From NCBI RefSeq assembly GCF_006345805.1, contig NC_043010.1:57040001-57104000 (forward strand): 64,000 nucleotides of DNA. The letters are read 5' to 3'. Below are positions 26,600 through 39,900 of the stretch, one piece after another (the first letter of the stretch is position 1; the number at the start of each line of letters is the position of its first letter). The notes beneath the pieces were generated by a model, which was not told the origin of the DNA, did not search any database, and saw nothing but the letters and a program-made list of their open reading frames with translations. The translations under genes were made by a program, and so were the position numbers. Source of the DNA: Octopus sinensis (taxonomy: Eukaryota).

Positions 26600-27720
26600 T
26601 TGAGGGGCCTACCACAATAACATCTCAGTCCCCTACAGGTGTCAGCTTCCATTCTGAATGTCATGGAGGCAGGTTATCAACCTAGTACCCCAAAAGTTTT
26701 GCACAAGCAGAAAGTAGATGAGGCCTTGAAAATCAATCAGATTGATCAAGGAGAGAGTTGACAGTGGCACCTGAATGCGGATTGTCCCATCCTCTGCTTT
26801 CGTCTATCCTCAACTGTAACTGGAACTGACAAACCCAGCTCTCTCCACTGTAATAGCTTCGTCCATCTCCCTGTTGGAATTAGTCCATGTTGGAGAGGAG
26901 AGGATATTGTCTACTGAAGGGGAGCAAGCATGGATGGAGGAAAGAAAAGAGAGAAGAGGTAGAGACGAGCACTTGTGCAGACCTAGACCCCCACACCATT
27001 TGGGCAAAGCAGCCTGGTTGTAGGACTCTGGGGAAAGTTTGACATGGACTTAGAATTTGAGCTTCCTGAAGATTAGGTCATCAAAGCATTGAGGAGACAA
27101 TGAGAATCTATAGGAGGAACTAACTCTCAGAAAATCTAAGTATAGAAAAACCTTGGTGGGGCTCCATTATCTCAAGGTTTTTTTTAAAAGTTTCTCAATC
27201 CAAAATGTTCAAAGTTAGCCATTTTGGATTGAAAGATGGACTCAAATGCTAGGTCAGTAATTGAGGCTCCAAGAGAGCAACACGCTGATGAAGGACGAAC
27301 CGCAATAGAGGGGAGAGAGTGTGTAAATAGTTTACTAGTCTGCTCATGCGAAGCTGTGTGGTTGAGGAGCCAGAGCTCACATTTATAGCTGTTAATGTTG
27401 AGGCCCCTACGACCAAGTTCTTCAATCATCGTCCTCCTAAACAAGCACCATTGAGGTACCAGACATTAAGTTTAGGTCAGCTCCCATGTTGGTAACATCA
27501 TCAATAACCAATGCGAATAGGGCAGGTCCATGTGGGTCACCCTGTTGGATTCCAGAAGCAGATGGGATGAGATGGTCACCAAAGAAAACACAGGAGGGCT
27601 CCCGATAGGGCCAAGCAAAGTGGTAAAGTTGTAGGCCATTCTTTCTTACTGCACGTAGGAGGACGTACCTATAGTGGATCTTGCAGGCATGAAGTAGATT
27701 CAATCCTAGATAGCCAAATT
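26600..27720 (-). mobile_element. CRE-like non-LTR retrotransposon remnant (RT C-terminal half and downstream)
   Basis: SASGIQQGDPHGPALFALVID, a degenerate WYLDDG (wylngA), GLNINSYKCEL and LPKWCGGLGL. Confidence 0.7.
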
Positions 27721-27849
27721 TAAATTAACCCTTCAACAGCACTTTTCTCACAGTAAAAGAATAGTTTTTCTGTGACAGCGGTTTACAGTTGCCAGATGCC
27801 TTAGCTAAGCAAAATAATGTCTTTGCCACTTGACCTTTCTAACCTCTTA

Positions 27850-28541
27850 TAAGCCACCAAAAGCTAGGATTAAGATAAGGACCACAAACGAAATCTATTG
27901 TTCTCAAAGATATGTCTACCCTTCTGGATAGTTTTAAAAACAAGAACCCCCAAGCAAAAGTCAGAAAGGTTGTCAAGGTATGGTGCTCGTACCTCACCCA
28001 CATGCCCAAGGTGCGGGTGTGTCACGCATGCCTTCATACATTGTGAGGAACTGAGAGGACTGAAAAGGATAAGGAGGCATCATTTTTCTGCATAGTAGCT
28101 GTATTGAAAGAGACAGTATGGGTGAGGCGTGGAAGAGGAATTGAGACGGGTGACTTTATCTCTGGACATGGGTTGGTTAGTTTTTTTAAACTACCTCCTG
28201 TCCAGAAAGATCAGTCTGAAGAAAAGGGGCCTGCCTCGAAGAAAGTTTGAGTAAAGATGGACAAATGTCAGAAGTTGAGAGTGAATGGGGCCGCGCTAGT
28301 GTAGTCGATCTGAATGGAAAAGAAGGGAAAAAACAACAAAAATGGTATTATAAAACATAAAAAAGGAGAAAAACCAGTGGGTCAAACACGAACCTGAAAA
28401 AATATATCATTGTTTAATTCTTAAATTCATTTTGTTCAATTTTTAGACGAACAAACTAATTTATAACCTCAGCCCCTAAATATTTTTTGTTTTGTCCTGT
28501 TGTCCCCTTTGTGTCATGGCCTGTGTGCCAAAGAAAAGAAA
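27850..28541 (+). mobile_element. 3' end of an L1/Tx1-like LINE inserted in the CRE-like element
   Basis: Zinc knuckle CPRCG..THAFIHC, then VAVLKETVW..RG; tail tgtcctgttgtcccct..aaagaaat resembles 12550-12596. Confidence 0.65.
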
Positions 28542-28989
28542 TTAGTGAGAATCCAAGTTAGGGAGAGCGACCATCAGTCAGTGAACGGACGGCTGGTCAG
28601 GACCACAAGCAGGCGGCCGCAATAGACAAATGGTCAGAGGGAGAAAGAAGTTTCTGATCAGCAACCATGCAAGACAACTTCCCTCCACTCTCTCACGAGC
28701 TCAGCCCATTTTTCTTCTTACAACTTTACTCAATTTCTATCTGTAATCACTACTACGCAATGACGAGAACACAGACACAAACAATACAAGGAAAATCTAC
28801 GACATCTCTCTTTACTTTGCTTACTTTGCATGCTTTTATCACCTGCCTGTTGAGGTCAGGTATTTTACAATGTAACGGTAAAATGAAATATTTTCTTTAC
28901 AACTTCAATCACTTCTTTCATCTTTACAGAATGGCAATCAACAAAGAAGCAATCCTTACAAATTGATTACGATTCCGACGTTCCATAAT

Positions 28990-29390
28990 ATTGTTTACAA
29001 ATTAATTTCAACCGTGACATATCGACTGATGGAACAAAAGGCATTCCTAAGGTCTAGTTTGAGGATGACCTTTGGGGACTCAGAGGCCAAGTTGGTGAAG
29101 GCCCTAGTGGCATGAGCAGCAGCCTTACAACCTAGCTTTGTTCCCACCCCGAGCTGAATAGAGGAAAATTCCACAAACAGGCAGTTAGAAACTGAAGACA
29201 GACTTTTGCTGTGAGACGTGGCAGAGTACAACCAACTGCTATGGGGTGGAGGTCACCATTGGGCTTGGTGAGACCAAATAATTTAGCCCCAAAGAACAGG
29301 GGACGAATGTAGATAAGGACACTGGGACAAGAACAAGTTGACGAACTGTGATAGGTTCTCCTACAATTCAAGACCAGCATCACCGGCTGA
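28990..29390 (-). mobile_element. CRE-like retrotransposon RT, N-terminal half
   Basis: FFGAKLFGLTKPNGDLHPIAVGCTLPRLTAK, QLGVGTKLGCKAAAHATR and LKLDLRNAFCSISR. Confidence 0.75.
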
Positions 29391-29650
29391 CAGCATTTAA
29401 AAGTTTATGAGGCATTTTAAAAATAGTGAAAAAGCTCTATTTTGAAAAGAAATTAAGAAAATTGGTTTTGTCCTTTTTTTTTTTTTTTTAACTGGAAACT
29501 CAACATTTGCCCAGGGTGTTCGTCCAGACATAAACCTGGATTTAAAGAATCTTATTTTTGGAAATACTTTCTGAAACAGTTGTAAATACAGCGCAATTCG
29601 AGTATCCCCGTTGCATAGGCGGCGTGGAAATACTTACAGTAAATTGAAAA

Positions 29651-30480
29651 TGTGGCAGACGACAGCGATAAGTGGCCAAATATAAGTTGGAATTTGTCCG
29701 TTTTGACGGGGAGTTTTCAGATTTATTTTCATGGTGTCTTTGGAAATGATCTGAAGCATCTTTTTAACAAAAAAAAGACTTTTTTATTCCCTTTATCTTC
29801 CCCTCACCATGATTTGGAGGCGGGGGGGGGGGCACCACGCACTTCAAAATGGCGAAGACGAAGAATGCGTACATCACTCGTTTTCGGTAGTTAGGGTTAC
29901 GCCGAAAACGGGTGGTGTGCATATTTCTTTACCTCTGCCCTTAAGGACTATAGAAGTCTTTTCGATAAAAAAAAAAAAAAGGAAATATTTTCTGACGAAA
30001 AGGTGTGATTTATGGGAGATTTGAGTTTCTTTCTAGCATATTCCCCGACCGGTAAGGTGCAGGTTGATAAAAATAATAATTTTCAAAAACACTTTTTTTA
30101 ATGGCTGAGAAAATGGGAAGAAAATACTGGAAAACATCAATACTTATCAGAGTGAGAAAGGAACGAGGAAAGTGGTCATGCGACATGCTAGAAACAACAG
30201 ACAAATCTCCCTTTAATTACACATCTTTTCGCCTGAAAATATTTTTTTTACCGAAAAGGCTTCTATAGTAGAAGCCACAAAAACCGACCAAAATTCGTCC
30301 AGAGACAGGAAGATGGAGGGTTAAAAAATAGAAATAAAAGCATTTTTCGAAAAAATTACTTTTGTTAAAAAGATGCTCCAGATCATTTTCAAAAGCACCG
30401 TGAAAAAAAATCTGAAAAACCCGGGTCAAAACCGAGAAATTACAATTTATGTGCACCACCTCTCGCCAACGTCCGCCAAA
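29651..30480. mobile_element. ~830-bp imperfect palindrome (foldback/MITE-like element)
   Basis: 29651-29786 is the inverse of 30352-30480, and 29947-30050 is the inverse of 30174-30269. Confidence 0.75.
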
Positions 30481-33167
30481 AATAATAACACAAAAAGGAG
30501 TGTTCAAGGGTGGCAGATATGTTGTTACTCAATGGAGAAATGTTCGATAGATTTATAACGAAATAAATATATTTAGATAAACTTGTTAGAGCAGGGGCCA
30601 GAGGACAATGGAGAGAAGTGACTGTTAAACAAATAAAACATTTAATCAACACCATTACCAGCTGAAGTTTTAGTAAAACATTTGGGGTAATTAGTAACAT
30701 GGAGGTAATTATAGTTCTTTGGAGACGACAGTAAAGAACTTGCAGCTCATTAAAGGGGGCTGGAAGGACCCTGAAAAGAAATCCTGCAAGATAGAAGGAG
30801 TGGGGAAAAGAAAGACAAAAACTGAGAAGGAGAATGAAATAAGGGACTTACATTGAGTTGAAAATAATTCGTTGGTGAAGACTTTAATTTCTCGTAGTTG
30901 TTCGATAGAGAATAAAATGGTTGTAGTAGGACGAGTCCATTACTGACGATGAGTGGTGGTAGCCATATAGAGAACGAGAACATTATAGACAGACTAGTCC
31001 ATTATTCGTGAGAGTGGCCACTTAGTTTCAAACAGCTTTTGGGTTCCATCGAATTTTTCTATTTCAATTGATGTGTGTGTGGAAGACAAATTGGTCAATT
31101 GCACAAAGAATTTCGATTTGAACTTGGTCTTACCCCCTCACATCGCACCTCACAAAAAATCACGGGATGGTCACGACTGGAATAACTTTGGACGTGGGTT
31201 ACATAAGAATAAACAGGACAATGGAAGGAGTCCGGTGAATGACCGTGTGTTTAGTGTCCGCGGGAATTAAGTGGACAATGGAAAGGGTTAGAGTGGTATT
31301 TGAGGGAGATATGCACTACTTCTAGCTGGGGAGCCATTTATGAGTGGAGCGGGGTGAAATAGAATGATGTATCATGTAATTCCAACTGGAAATTGAAACC
31401 GCGCTCACTAGGTTCACTGTAATATATTTGAAAGATAATGACAGTCAACAAATACAGTGTCAGCCCATAGCCTACAAAATATTCTACTGGCAGTAGTGTG
31501 TCACATGGAAGAGAAGTTAAGGCATAAAGGTCTTCACAGCATCATCACAGCCGAATCGCTACATCCGCAACTAAATACTTAGCGTTCAGAGTTCAAATCC
31601 CGTCCGGACCAACTGAAACATTTTTCTTTCTGGAAGGGGTGAAGGTAGGGTAGTTGTTATAAAGTACACGTGAAGTACTGAGGAAGATTTAATAGATTGT
31701 ACCCGCCTCCAAATCGTTGCCCTCTGTCGATGTTAGAAATTAATATTTGCCTGGTTGGTCACGGAAGGATCGACGGTGAGGTTCATCTCGATATCTTTAA
31801 TATTCTGCCAAATACAGATCGTTACTTTTTCTAGTTTACGGTGAGAACGAACATTTAAGCTCTCTATTGAAAACGGATTTCTGACATGAACAGACTTATT
31901 CTAGGGAAGAAACAAAACTAAGTGAAACGACCACCGTTTATTACTGGTACATCATTTATTGCAACTCTTCCCCATGGAGGATGACAGCTAAAACCAGGCA
32001 GAACTTGAACTCGAGATCTTGAAACGAAAGTAGTTTTCGTATTTACCTTGACAGGAGAGCACACATAAAGGAGGAGACGTGGACCTCAGTACATGACTGG
32101 TACTGTTTTAACGACAGTCACCAGCAAGAAATTCAAATTCCATTGCAGTTCAGAACGTAAAGGGATGTCGGTAAATACCACAAGGTATTTCCCGTCCGTC
32201 TGTCAATCCAGCTCCCACCCCCATTTTTTGTGGAATATTCACAGGAATAATCCATTGTCTTATTGGCCAGAGATTATCATGTCTTCGCTGGTATTTCGTA
32301 ACTTCGACGGGATTAATCTGTCTTTCATTGGAGTTTCCTTCACTCCAAGCAAATCCAATCATATTCTTCCTCTTCTCTCAGCCCTACATACACCCGTCTC
32401 CCGACATTGGGCTCTCCACCTCTAATATTTTCCACAATTTGCTCCTCCAATCGTCCCCATCAAAAAGTATAAATAACTTACAAATAAGAAAATGTATGAT
32501 CCTTCATGCCTTGCTACGCATCCTCAAATTCTTTGATGGATTTGTAGGGGTGTCATCGTGGCATAAGGTTTGAATTTGGCAGTTTTAGACCTAGAGATAA
32601 AAGATCTTTTCCAGCCCTGGACACAATCGATTTCTTCAAGAAGGAGAGAAAATGGCAGAAAGAATTTGAAAAGAATCGATCCCAGTACAGGACTAATATT
32701 CTATCGATCCCTAAAGGATGAAAAGCCACTAAGAGCATCATGAGTTTAGGCGATTACCGGAAAGCAACCTCTTCAACGCCGTAACGTTGTGCACAGAGTC
32801 CCATAATCTTTACACAATGAAGTGCAGAAGTTGGCTTTGATTAAAAAAGCAAAAACATTGGCCATCCCGTTTTTGTTGTTGTTTTTTTTTTTATCTCGGG
32901 AATCGTGTATCTAGGACTACATTATCTTATCTGTCCTTTTTCTTCTTCGTCAAGATTACATGTTAGAAGTTGATTGAAATTTACTTGCTATTTCTTGCCG
33001 GTTGAGCGGTTTCGTGCTGGTCCCTTGTAGGCAAGAATAGAGTTTGGTTGCGCGAATCTGATGATAGGGACAAATGAATCAACACCAGCAGATGGATGAT
33101 ATTTATTTTTATCACCAAACAGAGAGAGGGACGTTGGAAGATACAGAAAAAAATTTGCTAAATATTG

Positions 33168-33362
33168 GTTGTTGGCTCAAGGCCAGCAAGACGAAGGGAT
33201 AAGACAATTATATCGACCCCAGTGTTGTACTTATTTTATCGACCCCGGAAAGATGAAAGCCAAAGTTGATCTCAGCGGAATTTGAACTCTGAACGTAGAG
33301 GAAGGCGAACTGCAGCCAAGCATTTTTTGTCCGCCGTACTAACGATTCTGCTACATTGCTAG
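33168..33362 (-). mobile_element. tRNA-derived SINE copy
   Basis: tcgaccccagtg..ttatcgaccccggaaagatgaaagccaaagttgatctcagcggaatttgaactc is the reverse complement of the family at 57097. Confidence 0.85.
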
Positions 33363-33559
33363 ATATTACAATAACCATTTCTTGTATGCCTCCCAAGTTA
33401 TTGCTCGGTGTTGGTATATTTGGACAATTAACGATGGTTTAAGGGAAAAGGCTTAATACCTGGCGCCCGTGCTGTGTTCGTCCATATACGTAGATGTTTC
33501 TGTGTGTAGTGTGGTTTAGCAGATAAATTTTACACTTGACAAAAATTTCGTTCTCCTTA

Positions 33560-33814
33560 TCAAACCACTTTACTCCTGTTATCATTTAATCCTTCTCAGT
33601 TTCCGGGGAAGGCTGGTCACTTACCGGACGTAGAACATTTCACAGTATTTGCATAATAACACTGACTACCCATGAGTCTTTGCAGAGACGAGACGAGGCG
33701 AAGAGAAGCCGCAGTCGAAATATCTTAGTGTTTCAAGAAGTTGATGGTTTTTACACTGAATATATTGTACAACAAGAGAAATAATTGTCTTGATGAAAAC
33801 AAAAAAATATTTCA
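33560..33814. promoter_or_regulatory. Putative promoter/5' UTR region of the RTK, possibly bidirectional
   Basis: CpG-retaining unique sequence just upstream of the ATG; octamer ATTTGCAT at 33647-54; consensus minus-strand donor CCG|GTAAGTG at 33625/33624. Confidence 0.4.
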
Positions 33815-33967
33815 ATGCATTCCAATAATTTTATCATGTGGATTTTCTTCTCAATTTTGTTCAAATATCATCTATTTTCGGTGGTTGGTGCTAATTTAAC
33901 CAATGAAGCAGACGACCTGCAATCTGCTGTAGTGAAGGCGCGTTGTACAGCTCTTTGTCTCGCTAAG
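33815..33967 (+). CDS. RTK exon 1: signal peptide and start of Cys-rich domain
   Basis: [51 protein letters not shown]|gtaatt, phase 0. Confidence 0.85.
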
Positions 33968-36900
33968 GTAATTCGCCATCTTTCTTTCATCTCGCCCTCC
34001 ACTGTAAATTGTTTGTATTGAGTCTTGTTTCATGGATCGACACAGCACACGAATGACACTTTGATTTACTTAAACATAACACTGCAATAACGATCCCAAT
34101 TTGTATGCATCAGAGGTAGATATAATAATACCAGTAATATACTGGAATCGAATTAATCAGCCCCTTTCCCCTCATTACGAGAAAAGACCTTGTATATTTA
34201 TTTCAGTATTAATCAATGCCCAGTTATCGATAATTTGTCAATATTGTCAGAATGTATTGTTTTCCTCCTCGCCTCTTTCTTCTCTATTGGCATATGGAAG
34301 CTGGTTCAATCCCAGGGAGAATGGATAACGATAAAGTTTATATTTGAGCACGTGACGCTAATCACATGTGTAACATGTATTATCCAATCATATCAGCCAC
34401 TTAGCACCCTAGTTCACACTGACCTCAAAACAGACCTCCATGAATCCTACATGTCATTAAATCTTTTCTTTTCAGTTTCCATGTCACATGATTAAATAGG
34501 CGCCATCTTTGAAGATTGCTTACGTTTTTAGAATTCTTGCGAATTGATGTTTTTCTTCTTAAGACCCACATTGTCCTAAAATTCAGCTAAATTAGTTCTA
34601 TATAGAATAATTAAAGATCGTCGATTGGTTCTCATTTGAACCAGAAATTGTCTCTGCTTGTGTTTAAGGAAGGCATTCCATCAAACTGCCCATTAGCGCC
34701 AGCCTTCAATAATACGAACACTTTGTTGTTGACCTCTCAGCTTCCGATCACTGAAGGGGAGGACCTAATGAAGAAGATGCTTACTAAATCTTTTCGAACT
34801 CAAATATACCGCAAATGTTTCGTTTTGCTTGTGTATCGAACACTATTTTACATGGCCGCTGTTCACCTAGTTGCCTTTAAGAACAAGTAATACAGTTCCT
34901 TAGGATGTTGGCTAAAATAGACTCATGTTCTTCAGAGAGGGACAGATTAACTCTCAATCACTTTATACCAGTAAATCAGATCGTTAAACAGGGGAGGGAT
35001 CTTTTCCCTTTGAACGGCAGATCGAGAAATCAATTTTTTGTAACTAAACACTTTCAAGCTTCGGACACGGGTAGAATATGTCATACAAAACATCTTTCAC
35101 TCTTAGCGTTTTTGAGAAAAGTTTATATTTACGAAGTTAGTTCGTGTTAAAGTTGTCGTATTTCGGTAATTTCAAGCAATCAATGATGTGTATTCAGCTG
35201 AATAAAATTACTGCCGTTGTTTGTCAACTATTGATTGGTTGAAATTACCGAAATACGACAACTTTAACACGAAATAACTTCGAAAATACAAACTTTTCTC
35301 AAAAACACTAAGAGTAAAAGATGTTTTATATAACACATTCTACCAGTATACGAAGTTTGAAAGTGTTTAGTTTCCTGGAAATTATTTTCTAACTCTGCCG
35401 GTCAAAAGGTAAAGATCCCAGGTGGCCAAGGGGCTGTGTTACAGGAATGAACGCAAAACTTCCTAGTTATGAAACGAAGTCTTCAACCGCACAACCATTC
35501 TTAACCACCCAACACACCTGCAGACAACCACTGTGTACCGGTCACATGTCCCCATAGTATCACCTTACCGTTTATCATCTGAAGATGACTTAGTCACTCG
35601 GGGACGCCTTCTGCATGAGAATAAACAAATAAATAGCGATGAATAGATTTAATGCAGAGAATCAACACTATTGGAAGAAATAATTTGGAGTTGTCTCCCT
35701 TTAGTGTTTTCTTCATTGTACAAAAATTCTTTCGTGCGCAAATCCTTAGAAAAACTCCTTGTTATTTTGGTTCGATTAGTCATTAAAGAATTGTTAGACT
35801 GATGACCAGGTGTTACGTTGTAGTTGTTCCACACCTCTGTTTTGAGTTCCAATCCTGCTCAAGTACCCATCAGCCTTTCATCCTGGTATTGATAGAGTTA
35901 GTACCAGCCAACGACTGAGACATTTCCCCTCTCCCCCTCCCCTCAGTCCCTCTCCTCCTCCTCCTCCTCTCCGTATTGTGCTGTGAGCGTTCCGTGACCC
36001 CCCTCCCACCACATCAAGTTCCAGTGGAAGACTGTGGTGGCCATGACGTGGACAAGATATGATGCGTGATGACGAGTCGATGTACAGTTGCAGATGGTGG
36101 TGGCCACCCACTAATTGTTGTCTTAGCTTCACATCAGGGAAGGAAAGTATTTTATAACAAATCGAATCATTTGGTTGGGTGGGGCGAAGACAAGCTGTTG
36201 GGGTGGGGAGGGTCCTGAGTTCAAACAATTTGGTTGATTTTAAACAGACCTTCGTACCAAGAACATCTATGAAATATGGCCATCACTGCAGAAACTTGTA
36301 GAAATTAGGGCAATAACAAGTTGTTTGACTATAGGTCAATCCTAATGGAACAGAGCTATGATCAATGGTATTCTAACCATGACCACCCTGTCTGGTCTTC
36401 CAACATATCTACAGCTTCATTATCCAATGTGTCTACATGATGCCCTCAAGCATCTTTCCAGTGACCCCTGACAGTCTTCTTTCTATAATAAATTTTGAGA
36501 ACCCTTGTATCAGAGTGTGAAACAGGTCTGGTTGGTATTTCTTGTGGGTTGAATACATTCTTGTGGGTCATGCTACAACGTGAAGCAGCCAGGGAATGAT
36601 TGTATTTTCCTCCCATGACAAAAGCAAACTGTTCACACAGGCAACAGAGCCATATTGATCAGAGAAATGTAACAAAGTAGTGTGTCTGTGTTGGATTATC
36701 AGTCTAGACCCTCAAAATCCAAACACCTTTATCAACAGAATACTGCTCCTACATCTGGATCCCTGTTCTCTTGTTGCTGCTATCCACGTGTCCAGGTGGC
36801 CACCTTGTTCGAATGCCTAACACCTGACTCCCCAAGAGACTATTTTGCAGTGAACTGACAGAAGGCAAGCACTTTGAGGACCCACTAAAAGCCTCACAGA

Positions 36901-39900
36901 GGAGCTTTGAGATCAATCCTAACACCTGGGAAGCACAAACACAAGACTGCCCAGCCCGGTGGCACCTGCTGCACCAACAAAAGTGCCACAGGACAACACT
37001 GCAGGAGCACAAAGAAAGCACGAACTGTACAAGCCTTCAGTCACATCAGATCCCCAGTGCCCAGCCTATGGCAGAGCCTTCTCAGCAACCATCAGACTGA
37101 TTAACCTCATCAGGACCCAACATGACCCATCTACCATGAGATGGTCTCAGTCATCTTTGACAACAATAGACAATAACTAATAATGCTGCAACACACAAAT
37201 TTTAGATTCTATTCCCTTAATCAGGTCAACTAATTAACACAAAGTCACTCATCAACATGTTTTAACCTCTGGCCTTTAGACATGATTGATGTGTCCTCTC
37301 CTTACTTTTACTACCACTGCTATGGCCTAGGTTTCTCTCTGCTGTTAGGTTTCATGCAGTGCTTACCCAGATCTATCCAACTTCCTCTTCTCTCCTCATC
37401 CCACCACCCATATTGTCCACCTCCCACTAATCACTACTCATAATTGTCCTTTCCCTAAATGAAATCCGCCTGGAATTATGTCTTTACCAATGTTTTTTTT
37501 CCTTTTTCCAGGGGTTGTTCAATGCTTTCAGACCCCATTAAACTCACTAACCTGGGAACTCCAGTGAAGGTTGCGGGTGCAGTGCCTTTCAATAGACAAA
37601 CGCCATTTTGGAAAAAACTGCTCTTGTCCCCACATTCCAGTCTGTCTTTCTCCAATTGTGATATTGATTTTTCATGTGAGGCCTTCATTTATGTGTGTTT
37701 TAGCTTCTATTTCTGTTATCCAGTTTGGTGTCCAGCAGTCGATGGTAGGAGAACTAGCTACATACAACCTTTACCGACCGTTTCACTGTCAAGATGACAT
37801 CTGCCGTCAGGTGAGTTCAGTTCTGGGGTGTGTTGTTCCTCCGGGGGAATTCCATAGATTAGCAAAAGACAGAAATGAGTGGCAGGTGTGTGTGTGTGTG
37901 TGTTGTGTGATGTGTAAACTGACAGACAAGATAGAGATAAGTAAACAGAAAGTCAGATTAATAAAGAGAGGTATACAGATAAACAGACAGACACATAAAG
38001 ACATAATGTTAGATAGATTGATAGGCAGAGAGAGAGAGAGAGAGAGGGGAAGGGAGATTGCATGGTGTTGGTAACTGAAACCAATGGTGCAGCAGTGAGA
38101 AACAAACCAAGTGATTGGTTGATAGGATTTTTGAAATGGAATTCTTGTGGAAAAAACATATTTGCTGCCAATAAGATCCATCATAGTTTCTGAAATGTGA
38201 TAATGTCTTAAATGTCTTTGACTATTCCTATTTAGCTGTCTTTGAGTATTCTTATTCAACAGGCGCTCTTACCATGCCACTGGAAGAAGAAAACTGAAGC
38301 AACATGTCTCAAAGATTGTGTAAGTTCTGTAAAACTTATTGGAACTAGTTTGGTGTGAAGGGGAAACTCTTTTAGTTTCTTTTTGGTCGAATTTAATGAG
38401 TTCTGGCTATGGCTGTTGTTGGAGAATATAATTCAACTTTTACTCTGTTTGTGAAGGTACATGGCCTGGTGGTTAGGGTGTTGTACTCACAATCGTCAGA
38501 TCATGGCTTCAATTCTCAGACTGGGTGGTGCATTGTGTTCTTGAGCAAAACACTTCATTTCATGTTACTCTAGAGTTCTATGGGGACCAGCAAGTTAAAT
38601 AATAGATCTGTGTCATAAAAGGCAACTAAAAGGAGTTGAGGTAGGATTTGCACTCCAGCTTTGTAAAACCCTCACCATCAATGACTACCCAAATAGACGA
38701 TCCTGGTTTGGAGGTTTATTGCTTGAGTGGTGCAGAGGTGCCATCCACCAGGAGTCAAAGGAAATCACTAACAAATGGTGCCTACCCCCATCCCCCATGC
38801 TACCTATTACTCCGTTTAACCCTGACAGAGAAGGCATCCTCTACTGTGAAGACAATGTAGGCTAGAGAAAACTTAAGTCTGAAGACATGACAACCTCTCT
38901 AATGCTGGTGCTACAGCGGACTGTCACCTGTACATTCTGTAAAGAGGTTGCTGTGAGGAAGGTCATAGAAACTATGGAAAACATGGGTAAGATGTGGTCA
39001 TTTAAACTATCTTTGAGGATGGCAACTCTGACATAGTCTGTGATGATGACTACAACTTCATTACCATGGTAACTGGACATAAAAATGATGATGATGATGA
39101 ACTGGCCCTTAGCTAGCTTAAGTGGGATTCATTCTACTGGATCAGTCCTCCTCCAAAACCCCCTGAAACATCCGAATGGTCCTTTGTCACACCAACAATT
39201 AAGCTCTATGTTTTCATTATTTCTTTTCTGTAATCAGGTGAGAAACGCCAGTGTTGTTGTTGTTGTTGTCTCTGTCACTCTTGGTCCCTCTTTACTTGAA
39301 GCATTATTATTTCCAGATTTCATCTATGATGTCTCCCTAATTGTTGTCATTAATTCCCACAGGACATCACAGTTCACCATTAAATTAGAATTGGTAGTGC
39401 CATGGCATCACTAAACTTTAGATTCAATTCTAAAACTCAAACCAATTCTTAAGACTTAAATGAGACATTTAATTACCTGCTGTTAGTTTTGAAGTGACAG
39501 TCATATGGTGTTGGGTTCCAAGTTGGTCCCTACACCTCAGCCCATGATCCCTCATCAGCCAACCTAATAGTTTTCACAAATCAACTTCAATGAAGAAGAA
39601 ATCATACATGTTTGTTAACGAATCTGTCACTCACTCTAACTGGCAGCCTGTCAGTTATGATAACGAGGATTCTAATTGATCCCACTAATGAGACAGGCTG
39701 CTAGTGAAATTAATGTGCAAGTGGCTGAGTACTCCACAGACATGTACATCCTTAATGTAGTTCTCATGGAGATTCAGTGTGACACAGAATGTGGTGAGGC
39801 TGGCCCCTTTAGAATCACAGTCACAACACATTTTTGCCAGCTGATTAGATCAGAGTGATGTTAAGTATCTTGCTTAAGGACACAATGTACCCCTGGGTAC

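Noticed and set aside
30600-32760. Short ORFs upstream of the RTK
   Set aside because: Only faint LINE-like fragments (e.g. IPCGIYRHP); too degraded to call and no splice-supported model.
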